Assembly (NCBI RefSeq): GCF_009914755.1
Contig: NC_060928.1
DNA length: 64,000 nt
Strand: one strand, 5' to 3'
Source: the human T2T-CHM13v2.0 reference genome, Homo sapiens
Positions within the stretch are counted from its first letter, which is position 1. Each line of letters opens with the position of its first letter. The notes beneath the pieces are model-generated. The model saw nothing but the letters and a program-made list of their open reading frames with translations. It was not told the origin of the DNA and did no database searches. Both the position numbers and the translations under genes were made by a program. Shown here piece by piece: positions 44,190-58,451 of this stretch.

Positions 44190-45336
44190 TATCTCAGCTG
44201 GAATTACTCTGTGTGTTTGTGATATGAGTTCGGGCTGAAGCTTCTTTTCTTCCACAGCAATGTCTAATTTTTCGTGCATCATTTGTTGGAAAGGCCATCT
44301 TTTCCCCCCACTGATAGTGTCATCTTTGTCATGAGTCAGGTGTTCATATATACATGAGTCTATTTCTGGGTTTTCTATTTTATTCCATTGTCTTATTTTC
44401 TGATCTTTGCACCAAAAGACTGTATTTTTAAAATTCCTAATACTTAAAAATAAGTCTTGACACTTGGTAGGGCAAGTTCCCTGAAAACTGTTCTTTTTTA
44501 TTGAGTGTCTTATCTATTCTTAGCCTTTTATTTCCACATAAGTTTAAATCACTGTTAATTTATACACAAAATTTCCATTGCCATTCTGATTAATATTACA
44601 TTAAATCTATAGCTCTATGGGCAATTTGAGTGAATTGACAGCTTACAGTATTGGATTTTTCATTCCATGAACATGACATATAGCTCCCCTTATTTAAATC
44701 TGTTAAAATTTCTTTCAGTAATCTATTTAGCTTCCTGCATAAAGGTCTTTAACATTTTTTTTCATTAGATCTGTTCATTAGACATTTTTTATGCTAATGC
44801 TAATATTGCTTATTTTAAATTTTATTTTCTAACTGCTTGTTAATGATATATAAAAATATGATTTATATATTGCTTATGAACCCAGAAACCCTGCTAAATT
44901 CTAAGTTCACAATCCTATTATCTGCAAATAATGACAATTTTATTTTTTATCTCATACTCCTGTGCATTGCTATTTTCAGTTTCGTGATCTCTCTAGGACC
45001 TCCCATAGAATGTTGAATAGAAGTGGGCAAATTTATCTTTCTCCCATTCTTAAAGGGAAACCTTTTTACTTTCCCTGGTTAAATATAACTTCTGCTGTAA
45101 ATTTTGGTAGATGCTGTCTGTAAGATTAAGGAAGTTCCCTGCTATTCTTAATTTACTAGCAGTATTTTTAAAATCATGGATGTTGGATTTAGTATAATCC
45201 TTTTTCTGCATATATTGAGAAATATTATAATTTTTCTCCACTAATCTATTAATTGGTGAGTTATGTTGGTAAGTTTTCTGATGTTAAGCCAACTTGAAAT
45301 CCTTACATAAATCCAATTTGGTCATGATATATCATC
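44190..45336 (-). mobile_element. Old L1M host element (also ~41500-41918 and 50301-51440)
   Basis: Antisense ORF2-derived sequence ('attaaggaagttccctgctattct', 'aatccaatttggtcatgatat') continuing across the THE1A and MER41 insertions. Confidence 0.8.
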
Positions 45337-45489
45337 TTTTTTTTAAGTGAAAGCAAGATTATTAAGAAAGTAAAGGAATAAAAAAATGTCTACTCCATAG
45401 GCAGAGCAGTGTCTTGGGGTGCTCAACTGCCTGTACTTATTGTTACTTCTTGATTATATGTTAAACAAGTGGTGGATTATTCTTGAATT

Positions 45490-45519
45490 TTCCGAGAAAG
45501 AGGTAGGTAATTCTGGGAA
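45490..45519. promoter_or_regulatory. Tandem GAS (STAT1) motifs in MER41B U3
   Basis: TTCCGAGAA 45490-45498 and TTCTGGGAA 45511-45519 both fit TTCNNNGAA. Confidence 0.75.
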
Positions 45520-48500
45520 CTGGGGGTTCCTCCCCTTTTTAGACAATATAGGGTAACTTCCTGATGTTGCCATGGCATTTATAAACAGTCATGGTGCTGC
45601 TGGGAGTGTCTTTTAGCATGTTAATGCATTATAATTAGCATATAATAAGCAGTGAGAGGGGTCAGAGGTCACTCTCATCACCATCTTGGTTTTGATGGGT
45701 TTTAGCTGGCTTCTTTACCACAGCCTGTTTTATCAGCAAGGTCTTTATGACCTGTATCTTGTGCCAACCCCCTATCTCATCCTGTAACTAAGAATGCCTG
45801 ACCTCCTGGGTGTGCAGCCCAGCAGGTCTCAGCCTTATTTTACCCGGCCCCTATTCAAGATGGAGTTGCTCTGGTTCAAACACCTGTGACATATTTCCCC
45901 CTCCCTTTTACAAAACAACCTGTAATCCTAATGGTTGTAGAGGAATGAATACCCATCTTCTGTAACTTCTTCAGGCTGAATGGGGGCAATGATATTCTTG
46001 CCTATTAGGGTCTCTCATATTCAGGATAGAGAGGAGCTCGGTCACAAGATATCTGTATGCTGAGGGTCATTCATAACTCTGAGTTCTGACAAAAGGTGGT
46101 ATCTGGAAGATTAATAAGTGTTCAATTTAAGAAAACATTCAGTAAACTTATCCTGCATTCCTAAACAGAGTACAACAGCAATATTTTCCACAACAGTAAA
46201 ACAAAATCAGTAAAATTATCCCAAGTAAACTAAATAAGAAGGATTTCCATGAACTGCGCAATTATTGAAACCAAGCTGATATGGGTTTGCTAGCTGATTC
46301 CAATATGTGGTCAGAATTAGAATATTGATCCAAATTTTTACATTACCCGTCCTTGTTTCTTCTGAGCTGCAGCCAGAGATCACTTGTCGGTTCACAGGAA
46401 TAGGCAGTCAGTCTATTGCTGCAAAAAAAAAAAAAGAAACAACTCAAAAACAACTGATGGCATTAGAATCTAATAACAGATATATCATAGTTCTTGAAAT
46501 AATTTTTTTCTTTTTCCAGTTTCCCATTTTTACTAAAGACAAATTATGGCAAGACTGATTTGCTTTATTATATTTGGCCTGGTTATTCGTATAAAGTGCA
46601 GCAAAAATAATTATTTTTTACATAGGCTTTTAAAATGGGCTTTGATGGAACTTTGTTCCATAAAAGGAATCTCAGATAAGACTTTTTCTGAAGTCAAGCC
46701 CAGGCCAGGGTTTGTACCCTCAAATACCTAGGAATTGGGCAAATTCCTCTCCTCTTGTTGTCCTAAGATAACTTGGGGCTCCTGTGCCTGTCAGAAAGTA
46801 ACATTCCTTACTTACTACAGTTAGGAACCCTGTACAGGGACTGTGTAGACAAGATATGGGGCCAGTTTTCAGCTTTTATTGGATCTACAAGTCAAATTTG
46901 ATTCCTTAAAGGAAAACATACTATTCCAGCCAAAGCCTTGGTAAAATAACTAACTTCTCCAACTGTGAACTGTTGCAAAAGAAAACATTCTTACTGCATT
47001 TATGCAAATAACTATATTGCCATAAATTAAGAATACTCACAAATAGTTTCCAAATTCTGGAGAAATCAGTTAGAGAGAAACAAATATACTCCAAAGTTTG
47101 TTCACAGGAGTATACTTTGCTCAATTGTTAAAAGCTGTAAATAGTTCAAGAGAAAAGTTTTCTTGGCTCTGATAAACAAAACAAAGGATCAGCAACATTT
47201 TAAGCAAAAAGCCAAAAACATTACTTCAGTCTTCTATTAGTTCAGTCCCTGCAGTTAACTCCTGTTCTGCTTGATATTCATGAACATTCCAGCTCTCCAG
47301 GAGAGCCCTGAAAGTTTTTTCCTCTATTCTAATGTCACAATCTCCAAAGTTATTAGAAACCTACATTCAAGAGCGCTTGTTTGTTAGAGTTCTATAGTTG
47401 ATTATAAAACCACCTTTTGAAGAGGATAAAAACAAGACAACAATTATCTGTAGATGACAAAAAGTCTTAGGGCAGCCACTATTAAAGCCACAATTAAATA
47501 GGACTTTTGGTTATGTCTGTGTCATACAATAATTGTACATAACAATATAACTGTTATACACTAAGTTATATCAGAATTATAAGTTTCCCATAATTTTAGA
47601 ACACATACCAATAACATATTTATACAAATACAGCCCAAAGAAAGCCAAACACCATTTCATATTTGATAACACTTCCTGTATGATTTTAATATTCCAAATA
47701 AGCCAAATACATCATTTTTGGACTTTAGGGGACTTAATATATAAAAGATTAACTACATAAGAAAAAGACATAATTTATAATTTGATTTTGGAAAGTTTGT
47801 CAAATATTAAAGGTTTAAGTACTTGATATTTTAAAATAGAATATGAGGTTACTATAAGCCATTCATTTAGACAAAATGATAACTCAAAATTTTCAAAAAG
47901 GAAAACCTTTACTTATTAATAGAGAGAAGACTTAGCTTTCCAAACAGTCTGTCTCTTTTCTTCCCCTTCTTTTTCCTGTAGTTTATTCAAAAGGCAAACA
48001 AAAAATTTTCATTTTTTTAATATACCATGAAAATCTTGTTCAAGAGAAAGCCTAAATTTTACCTCTGCATTAAAGCATTATTGATGTCAAACCCAATTCT
48101 TAATAAAACCTTATGGACAAATCTATCAAATTTTAATCAGTTTGATCATAAGGTAAGATTCTCATAAACATTTTATAACCCCTTACAATTTTTTTGTTAA
48201 AGAGCAGATCATTGCTCTCAGGAAACCCTGTTGTGCTTTTATTCCAATGCTCAATTTATGGAAAAAGTGAATAATGCCTCTGTAACTTTTAGCTAATATG
48301 TTCACACACAATTTTTTTACAAGAGTAATTGTTCATAAACCTTTCACAACTTGTTCAAACCTTCAGCTTTTTCCTATCTAACTTGAAACAATCCTTTAAC
48401 ACTTTAGGCAAAAAAGATCCACATTCTCATGATTTCTTATAATCTTTTACCAAAAACACATTTCACTTTCCTTATACACCTAGCGTGTAAAACTGTTTCT

Positions 48501-48751
48501 TCAATAGCCTCAATTATATGTTATAATGTTAACTCTTAGAAACAATTATTTTTGGACGAAAAAAAAACCTGAGAACTAAGGAATTTTAATTATTTACTAG
48601 ATGTGGAGCCTAGGACATCAGACAGAAGTGCAGATAAGGTCTGCCTCTTTCCAGCATAGCTAGGGGCATGGCTGACTCCAGATGTGCCCATGCCTTATCT
48701 AGAATCTAATGCTCCAAAGTAGTTAAACGGAAAATTTTCAAGAGTCAAAGA

Positions 48752-48811
48752 AGTTGGTCATGGTGGCTCAGACCTGTAATCCCAGCACTTTGGGAGGCTG
48801 AGGCGGGTGGA
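48752..48811 (+). mobile_element. Alu 5' stub at a deletion junction in MER41 internal sequence
   Basis: 'tggtggctcagacctgtaatcccagcactttgggaggctgaggcgggtgga' joined directly to MER41-int. Confidence 0.85.
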
Positions 48812-50358
48812 ACAGAACAGAACCTTAGATTTTGAGAGGGATCTATCCACTTTCAATTCCTGGGGTTCCGTGAGGAAAATTTTCCCCAAAACAGGTTTTT
48901 CCCAAAACATGATCTTGTGCCTCCTCAGTTCTTCCCAAGAAGTCTCAGGCTATAAGAGCTTGAATATCTGCTTTTAATCAAGCTGACTTTTAACCATAGC
49001 GCTCTTATAAAAAAAAAAAAAAAAAAGGTCGTTTTAAATCTCTTATTACCTGACTTTAGCCATGCCAAACCACCAATATTTCTGACTTTTGAACTTTACC
49101 AAAGGTACCTCCCAGGTGCTCAAAGAAAATTCAAGATGGTTCATGGAGGGGAAGAGAATAAAAAAATGTCAAACGTCACTCAAATATCAACCAGAAAGTA
49201 CGCATACCCTAAATCAGGATTGAACCTGCCACTGTAAAATGGCAAAGCCTTAGCTGCTGAGCTACAACATTGGGCAGTTTCCATTGCCCGACCCAGAAGG
49301 AGTCCAGAGCAGCCAATTATGAGCTTGCAAAGGCTTTTAACTGTTCAAAATAATTTTTAGGGCTAACTATGACAGGAGCCCCAAAATCCCTGTTCTATGG
49401 AAGCCAGAGACCAAGAGGAAGTACTGCCACGTGGTTACAAGGTCAAGCTCCCAAGAACACTTTTCAACATGTGGTCTCTGGGCAGGATGAAACAGTGGAC
49501 AATTGCCCTGAATAACAGAAAAGATAGAAAAGAGAAAGGAAAGGAAGGGAGAAAAGCATTGCCTGCAGCAGAGTGGGGAAGGCAAGGAGTTCAGGGAAGC
49601 CAGAGAAAGACACACCCATTACAGTGACACTGAATCAAAAGTTCAGGCAGCTGCTTGTTGGTAGTGAAGGAATCTTTTCCAGCAGTCCCATCAGCTCTTG
49701 AGATTCCCTCTTTGGGGAGAAAAAAAGTTCCCCATGTCCCATGATCCTGTACATGCCTAATCCTGTCACCCACAGCCATCAGCAAAGAGTGCAAGGCAGA
49801 TTAATCCAAAAAGAATAGCAATTAACATCCTGTAGTGCCAAATCCGTTCTTAGCTGAGGTACTTTACTGAGAGGGATCTCTAACCCTCTAAATCTTAGGA
49901 AGGACTCTAACCTTCCTAAGTCAGGCCTTGAAGGCAAGTGCAGTCAAGTGTCCTGCCTTTTAAGAGGCACCTTTAACCTACTCTGTCTTAGGAGAGACTT
50001 TAACTCTCCTAAGTTGGGCCTCTAACCCAATCCCATCCTTTACCGGGATACCCTACCACTTACCCAAAGTCAGCCAATCAGTGTTGTAGTCTATTTCCTT
50101 TGGGTTGGGGGTCTCCTCAGTATAGTCCCTTTGGGGTTTGCAAGGAAAATGTTATTGGAAAGGGGTCCCAATCCAGACCCCAAGAGAGGGTTCTTGGATC
50201 TCATGTAAGAAAGAATTTGAGGCAAATCAGTAGAGTAAATTGAAAGCAAGTTTATTAAGAAAGTAAATTAAAGAATGGCTACTCCACAGGCAGAGCAGCC
50301 AGTCATGATACATTATTTTTTAATGTATTGCTGAATTTGTTTTGAAATTATTTTATTT

Positions 50359-50668
<310 letters not shown>

Positions 50669-51489
50669 TTAGCATGTTTGCATCCATGTTCACAAATAAA
50701 ATCGGCCTTTATTTTTCTTTTCTCATTTTGTCCTTGTTGGATTTTTGTATCAGGATTTTGCTAGACTTATAAAATGATGTGGGAAGTTTTCCTCTTATCT
50801 ATTCTCTGGAAGAGTTTACAAGATTGAGATAATTTCTGCCTAAATGTTTGGCAGAACTTGTAGTTGATGCCATCTGGGCCTGGATACTTTTGTATGTGTG
50901 TGATAGGTTTTTAATTATTAATTCAGTTGCTTTAATAGTAATATGATTTTATTCCTCTTTCTTTCATAGGTTTAGTGAGTTGCATTTTTGTTGAAATTTG
51001 TCCCTTTAAATCAAACTTTCAAATGTATTGGCATAAAGTTATAAAAAAAAAAGTTTGTTATCTTTTGAGTGTTTGTAGAATCTGAAGTGACATTTTTCTT
51101 TAAATTCCTGATCTTGGGTATTTCGTTTTGCTTTCTTTCTTGATCAGACTGAACAACTTAATCAAATGTATTAATGTTTACAAGGAACCCACTTTTAGTT
51201 TGGTTGGTCCTTGCTTTTGTAGATTTGTTTTCTGTTTCATTCATTCTCCTATCTTTTTACCATGCTTTTCCTGAGCTGTAAATTTGTTTTAATTCTCTTA
51301 TCTTTAACACTCCTTTCTTTTTACTTCTTTTCTAACTTTAAGCATTAAAATGAATGCTTAGCTTATTAGCTTTCAGCCTTTTTATTTTCTAATGTAAAGT
51401 TTCCTCTAAATAGTGTTTTAATTGCATCTCACAAGTTGAGGAGCCACTGACAATTTATTCTTCTACTTAAAAAAAAAATATGATTTCCT

Positions 51490-51635
51490 TATTATGTTGA
51501 TTTGTCTCCCTCCTCTGGAATATAAACTCAGTGAAGGCAGATATTTTTGTCTATTTTGTTCACTGATTTATCCCCAGAAACTAGTACTATGCCTGGCACA
51601 CAGTAGGTAATCAAAAAATATTGAAGGAATGAACA
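51490..51635 (+). mobile_element. L2 3' end
   Basis: 'ttttgttcactgatttatccccag...tgcctggcacacagtagg...gaatgaa'. Confidence 0.8.
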
Positions 51636-51647
51636 ACTTAGAAGTTG

Positions 51648-51785
51648 AGGGCACCTGTAGTTCTAGCTACCTGGGAGGCTGAGGTCAGAGGATCACTTGA
51701 GCCCAGGAGTTCCAGACTGCAGTGAGCCATGATTGTGCTATTGCACTCCAGCCTGGGTGACAGAGTGGGACCCTTCTCAAAAAAG
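51648..51785 (+). mobile_element. AluJ right monomer
   Basis: 'gcacctgtagttctagctac...gatcacttgagcccaggagtt'. Confidence 0.85.
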
Positions 51786-52143
51786 AAAGAAGGAGGGAAG
51801 GAGGGAGGGACGGAGGGAGGAAGGCAGGAAGGAAGGAAGGAAGGAAGGAAGGAAGGAAGGAAGGAAGGAAGGAAGGAAGGAAGGAAAGAAGGGAGGAAGG
51901 AAAGAAGGGAGGAAGGAAGGAAGGAAAGAAGAAAGGAAGGAAGGGAGGGAAGGGAGAGGAGGGGAGGGAGGAAGGAAGGAAGGAGGGGAGGGAGGAAGGA
52001 TAAAGAAAGAAAGAGAAAGAAAGAGAAAGAGAGAAAGAGAAAGAAGAACAAGAAAAAGAAAGAAAGAGAGAAAGAAAGAACAAGAAAAAGAAAGAAAGAA
52101 AGAAAGAAAAGAAAGAAAGAAAGAAGAAAAGAAAAGAAAAGAA
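51779..52143. repeat. ~360 bp polypurine tract including 15 consecutive GGAA (51827-51886)
   Basis: Directly visible. Confidence 0.95.
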
Positions 52144-52249
52144 GTGGATGATTGTTGTGAAGAAAACAGAACTGGGTGAGGAAGACTGGGAAACAACATG
52201 GAGTTTTTACAATTTGAGGAGTTAGAGTCAAGGTAGAGCTTGATGAGCA

Positions 52250-52625
52250 ATGACTTGAGGAGGAGTGGGAATATGCCATATGGATATCTGGAGGAAAGAG
52301 GCTCTAAGCAGAGGAAAAAATGGAAAAGCCTTGAGACTGGACTACTCTAGAAACGTCAAGGAGAACAGAATGGCTGGTGTGGAATGACCAAGGAGGAGAT
52401 TACTAGGTGATAGGGAAAAAAAGAGGTAAAGAGTGTCAGAGCACATAGAGTCTTTGGGATATGAAAAACTTTGGCTTTTATTATGCGAAATGAGGAGCTA
52501 TTACAGCGTTTTGAGCATGCATATTGCGTTTTTAAAGGATCATTTTAAAGGATCATTCTGGCTGTGCTGAGAATATAACAGAGAAGGAAGGATAGAAGTA
52601 GGAAGACTAGTTAGAAGGTAAGCTA
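52250..52625 (-). mobile_element. L2 fragment
   Basis: 'actttggctttta...tttaaaggatcattctggctg...ggaagactagttagaagg'. Confidence 0.65.
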
Positions 52626-53362
52626 AGACTTATTGAAGTGACTTCAGGCAAAAATTGGAAGAATTAAATTGGATACAACAAGGAAACACAACCTTTTTAA
52701 GTTTTGCAGAAAAAAAAAACAGAAATGATTTAAGGAAAGGTTTTATTTTTTAAGACGGTAGCGATAAACAAATATTTGTATACTAATAGAAATGACCCAA
52801 TAGAGAGCAAAGCATGAGTGGTTCCCAAAACCCAGGATTCTAAACTCTGGGAGAGGAAAAGAATCAGTACAAGAGGGTGAAGGGAGAAGAGCAAGAAAGA
52901 TACTAGGGCCTGATGGAGAGTGGTCACTGAGACTTTTATGTAAACACTAGCTTCAAATTACAGCTACCGGAAATACCATTCCCCCGGGAAAGTTTCAGAG
53001 TAGGGTGGCATATCTCCTCCCCTTCCACATAACCAATGCTACAATTGCAAATCAGGAAAGAATGGTTTCACATAGAAGTGAGAGTGGGTTTGTCAGCCTT
53101 TTCTCCAACCTCCATGGGAGAGCTGCTGTTGACCCCAGAGTTCACATTACCACCATTTCTTCCTTGCATTCTTGATTTTATTTTCTGGTAAACTGCATGT
53201 GGTTTATCTTAATATTTAAATCCTACCTCCCCACTCCTGCACCATATTCCCTCATCAAGACACGTGCTGTCTGTTCTCTTTATTTTGCAAATCCCATAGC
53301 AGAATTAAGTGGGTGGGTTATTTGCCAGCAGATCATTTAGAGAAAGATGTAATCATCTAGAT

Positions 53363-53634
53363 CGGGGTTTCTTGACTTCAGCACTATGACATTTGAGGCT
53401 GGATAATTCTTGGTGGTGAGGGGTGCTGTTTGGTGCATTGTGGGATGGTTAGCAGCATTCTTGGCCTCTCCCTACAAGATGCTAGTCACACCTTCCTCCC
53501 CACTTTCCCCTCATCCCAATTGTGACCAAAAAAACAAAACAAACAACAACAATAACAACAAAAAAACAGAAGTACTCCAGACATTGCCAAATGTCCCCTA
53601 GGGTTCAAAAATTGCTCCCAGTTGAGAACCACTG
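53363..53634 (+). mobile_element. MER20 (hAT-Charlie) DNA transposon
   Basis: 'ctccagacattgccaaatgtcccct...gttgagaaccactg'; 8 bp TSD at(c/t)tagat. Confidence 0.88.
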
Positions 53635-53662
53635 ATTTAGATGTAAATTTTCTCAATTCATT

Positions 53663-53955
53663 AGCCAGGAGCAGTGGCTCATGCCTGTAATCCCAACACT
53701 TTGGGAGGCTGAGGCAGGTGGATCACCTGAGGTCAGGAGTTTGAGACCAGCCTGGCCAACGTGGTGAAACCCCACCTCTACTAAAAACACAAAAATTAGC
53801 TGGGCATGGTAACGGGCGCCTGTAGTCCCAGCTACTCGGGCGTCTGAGGCAGGAGGATCACTTGAAGGAGGTGGAGGTTGCAGTGAGCCAAGATTACGCC
53901 ACTGCACTCCAGCCTGGACAACAGAGTGAGACTCATCTCAATAAGTAAATAAATA
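53663..53955 (+). mobile_element. AluSx-like
   Basis: Full dimer; TSD ttt(t)ctcaattcatt. Confidence 0.9.
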
Positions 53956-54804
53956 AAATTTCTCAATTCATTATCAATAGATCCTGGTGGTGTCAATAAT
54001 ATACGGAAAGAAGCTGAGGATTTATTAACTATATCTTTATTCTCTGATTTATTTATGTCAAGGATATCAGTGTTAACCTTCCACTTCTTACCACCATTCC
54101 AAAATGAATATTATGGACCCTCATTTTAGCAACTGGTACCTTTCTGCACATGATTGGCCTGGGAGAATAAAGAAATGAGTAAAGTCGGACTATGGAAATT
54201 TAAAACATCATTGGTGAGATTTTACCATCAGAGGCTCTTCAAAATATTTGCCTCAAGCATTATGGAAGAGACTTTTTTTTCTATCAACTAATTGCTGATA
54301 ACCTAAAATTGATGTTATCTGCATTGGACCCATTAACATGTATTACTTCGTGAGGTATCAAAAAAAACCACACAGCATCAGAAAAGCTCAATCAAGATTG
54401 AAAAAAGATAAATTTGAAGAATTTATGCTACCAGAATTCAAGACTTAGTGCAGAGTTGCAGTAGTTAAGATAGTGTGGGATTGCCACAAGAATATACAAA
54501 TAGACCAGTGGAAGAGAATAGTCAGAAAAAGACCTGATTTGTGACAGATATCAGTGCAACTCTGTAAGGGAATGAATAGCTTTTTAATAATTGGTATTGG
54601 AACAATTGAATTTATAGGACAAAATGAAACTTGACCCCTCCCAATCATACTTTGCCCAAAATTAATTTGAGATGTATCACAGTATCAAGTGTATAAAATA
54701 CAACAATAAAGCATTTAAAACAAGAGAACATCTTCAAGACAGTCCTAAATAGAACACTAACCATAAAAGACTAGCTTCATTAAAATTAAAATTAAAATTC
54801 ATCA

Positions 54805-55119
<315 letters not shown>

Positions 55120-55196
55120 TCAGGTAGCCAACAAGAATATGCAAAGGTGTTGAATATAATTATTTTTCATAGAAATAATAATTGAAACTACAATGA

Positions 55197-55487
<291 letters not shown>

Positions 55488-55597
55488 CTACAATGAGATA
55501 ACTCACCTACCATATGGTTAAAATTAAAAAGACTGCCAATATAAGATATTAATGTTGCTATGAAGCAACAATTGGAACCTTCGTTTATTGCTGATAA

Positions 55598-55783
55598 AAT
55601 AAAAAATTAGCCAGGCGTGGTGGCGCATGTCTGTAATCCCAGCTACTCAGGAGGCTGAGGCAGGAGAATCGCTTGAACCCGGGAGGCAGAGGTTGCGGTT
55701 AGCCGAGATTGCGCATTGCACTCCAGCCTGGGCAACAAGAGCAAAACTCCGTCCCAACAAAAAAAAAAAAAAAAAAAAAAAAG
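55598..55783 (+). mobile_element. AluSp right arm (5'-truncated)
   Basis: 'aaaaattagccaggcgtggtggcgcatg...gggcaacaagagcaaaactccgtc' plus A-tail. Confidence 0.85.
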
Positions 55784-58451
55784 ATAACTTTGTTCAACCA
55801 CTTTGGAAAATGGTTTGGCAATAAAAAAATTGATGGCACTATGTGCTAAAACAAAACAGTTCTATTTCTAGACACATACCCAAGAGATGAATGCACATGT
55901 CCACCAAAATATATCTTTAAGAATGTTCACAGCAGCGTAATTCATAATACTAAAAAACTAGAAGCCACTCAAATGTCCCTCTGTAGAATGAATCAGTTAT
56001 GTTATGGTCTTACAATGGAATAGTACAGAGTAATTTTAAAAAATCAAAAACCTTGATGCTTGCAACAAAATAGATTAATACTATAGACACTGTATTAAGT
56101 GAAAGAGGTCACAACAGTGCATACTGGATGATGCATTTATATGAAGTTTGAGATCAGGCAAAACTAATGAATAATGACAGAAGTCAGAATAGTGATTATT
56201 AAGGGTGGTATTGACTAGGATGGAACATGAGGAAACCTGAGGAGACAGAAATGTTCTATAGATGTACATGGATGATAGTTTCATGGATCCTCTAGAAAGT
56301 GCAGATCACTCTTCTGAGGCATTTTGCTGTAAAGCAGAGAATGAAGGCAGTGGCTGGCAGAGCAAACAACAATAAGAAAAACAAAAACAGGTTCTATAGG
56401 AGCAGAGGTGAGACCAGGATACCTGTGAGTCATTGTCTACGTGAGCAGATGAAATGGGAGCCTAGGGAGTTTTCTTCCGATTGCCTCCATTTTCTCAGAG
56501 AATTAGGAAGCAAAAATCATCAGAGTGAGGACAAAGGAAGTGACTTGGAAGTATGGGGAAAGAGCAGCAGGAGATAATTAGAACAGGAACGCAGTGAATG
56601 GACCAGGGATATATACGACACTCATGAGGTAGGTTCAGGGCAGGGAAGTTCATGTGGGTGGGTTTCTCTCCAGTTATGTTCTGCTGCACAGAGCACAGGC
56701 ACTTCTTTGAGAGGAGACTTGGATTTAACCAGCCTTGCAGTTTTACTATAGGGTAAACATAAATTTTGTGCGTGAGATAATATATACCTAGGAACCTTAT
56801 TTTTACCAATTGGGGCATCATCAGATCTAGGTTCTTTCAGTGCACAAAACTAGGAAATTATTTAAATATATTTGAAGAAGTTCATGTTGACATTTATAAT
56901 TCATATTTAAGACTACAGTGATCTTTCTGAACTTTTGATGTGATATTTGCAGCTCTTTTCTCTGGCAGTGAAAATCTTGGTTGATAATTACAATACTGAT
57001 ATTACTATCAGCAATAAAACTACCTAGCAAAGTTTAAGTTGAGTTCCTTTTTTTCTTAGAATATATCCTATTAAGGATGTACAAGTGGAGTACTATATTC
57101 AACAGTCACTTGGAATCATTACTTTCTCTGTATGGATCATAACAATATGAAATAAAAACAGGTTCTTTAATTGTTTGAATTAAATTTGGATGTTTGCTTT
57201 TTACACTTCTAAATTAATTTTTAAAACATTTAAAACACACTGGTAAGAAGAAAATCAAAACTATAGAAAAGGTTATATTCAGAGAAGTCTTGCTTCTATC
57301 CTTGTCCTCTCCTCATCCCCTCTTCATTCCTTATAGGTGAACATTTCTTACTCTGAAAGCTGGTAGTTTAAAGAGAGGAATTAAACTCTGAGGACAAACC
57401 AAAATTTATCTGCAGCTGATGAGTGAAAATTATTCTTTCTGACTGAGAAAAAAATGTGTTAATAAATGAAGAGGAATTTACTTGGAAAATCTTTCTGCAA
57501 ATCTCAGTAAAGTAATTCAGACAAGGATGCTAAGACCATTAGATATAACATTGTTGGAGAAGAAAATATTGGCGCAGAACCAAAGTATCACCCCATTCTG
57601 AAGCTGAGTTCAAAACAAACAAACAAAAACAAAGTACCACCCCACAGATTACTTGCTTGTTGCAAAGGAAAAACATATCACTACAATGGAGAGATCTCAT
57701 ATTATCATCCTAGCCAGGTGATCAAGCTTGACATTATGTGCTTACTGATGGGAAGCAATATGCCATACACAGCACCAGCCATGAAAATAAATATTTTCAA
57801 AAATATTTAACATGATTCTAGTCAAGCAACTAGGCTGAACTTCCAGTTTAGAACTGGGAGAGGATAGAGGAATAAGTTTAAAAATCTGGAGTGTGGATCA
57901 TCCCACAAAACAACTGATCTTGTTTCTTCAAATAGGCAGTGTCATGGGGAAAAAATAGCAGAGCTGTCTAAATAAGACTAGATTTTTAAAAGACACAATG
58001 ATACAAATAACAAAATATTCATACCTGGTACCCAAAGTGCAACACTGTGCAATATTAACCAACTCTTAAATGTATGTATAAATAGTTGTAGAAGTAATAT
58101 GTGAAATGTGCTACTGATTTTTTACACTGGCAACAAGGTGGACATTAAACATTAGAATTGCAGAGGTTTATTTATATAAACCATTTAATAACATTTTATT
58201 AAATTTTCAAAAATTAAAGTTTTATTTAAATTTTTATTTAAAATTGAGACAATTATATTTATATTTGTTTTTAAAAATAATTTTGAATATTTTAAAAGAC
58301 AACTTTTTTGAAAACATGAAAATAATTTTTAATATTTACTTAACTTTTCATTTTCAATGAAATGTATGTACATATTATACATTTGAAATACATTTTTTAT
58401 ATTTTATATTACTGCCAACAGAACACAAATAATGAGAAAATTCATTTACAG

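Larger units (their letters stand above)
45337..50300 (-). mobile_element. MER41B-type ERV1 element in processed form (R-U5-int-U3-R-polyA)
   Basis: T-run 45337-45344; U3-R 45345-45891; PPT 45892-45910; internal homologous to 14056-19183; R-U5 50150-50300; TSD gtcatgata(t/c)at(c/t)at at 45321 and 50302. Confidence 0.9.

Noticed and set aside
51638-52279. 132-213 aa ORFs on both strands
   Set aside because: Translations of the GGAA/GAAA microsatellite and an Alu; low complexity.
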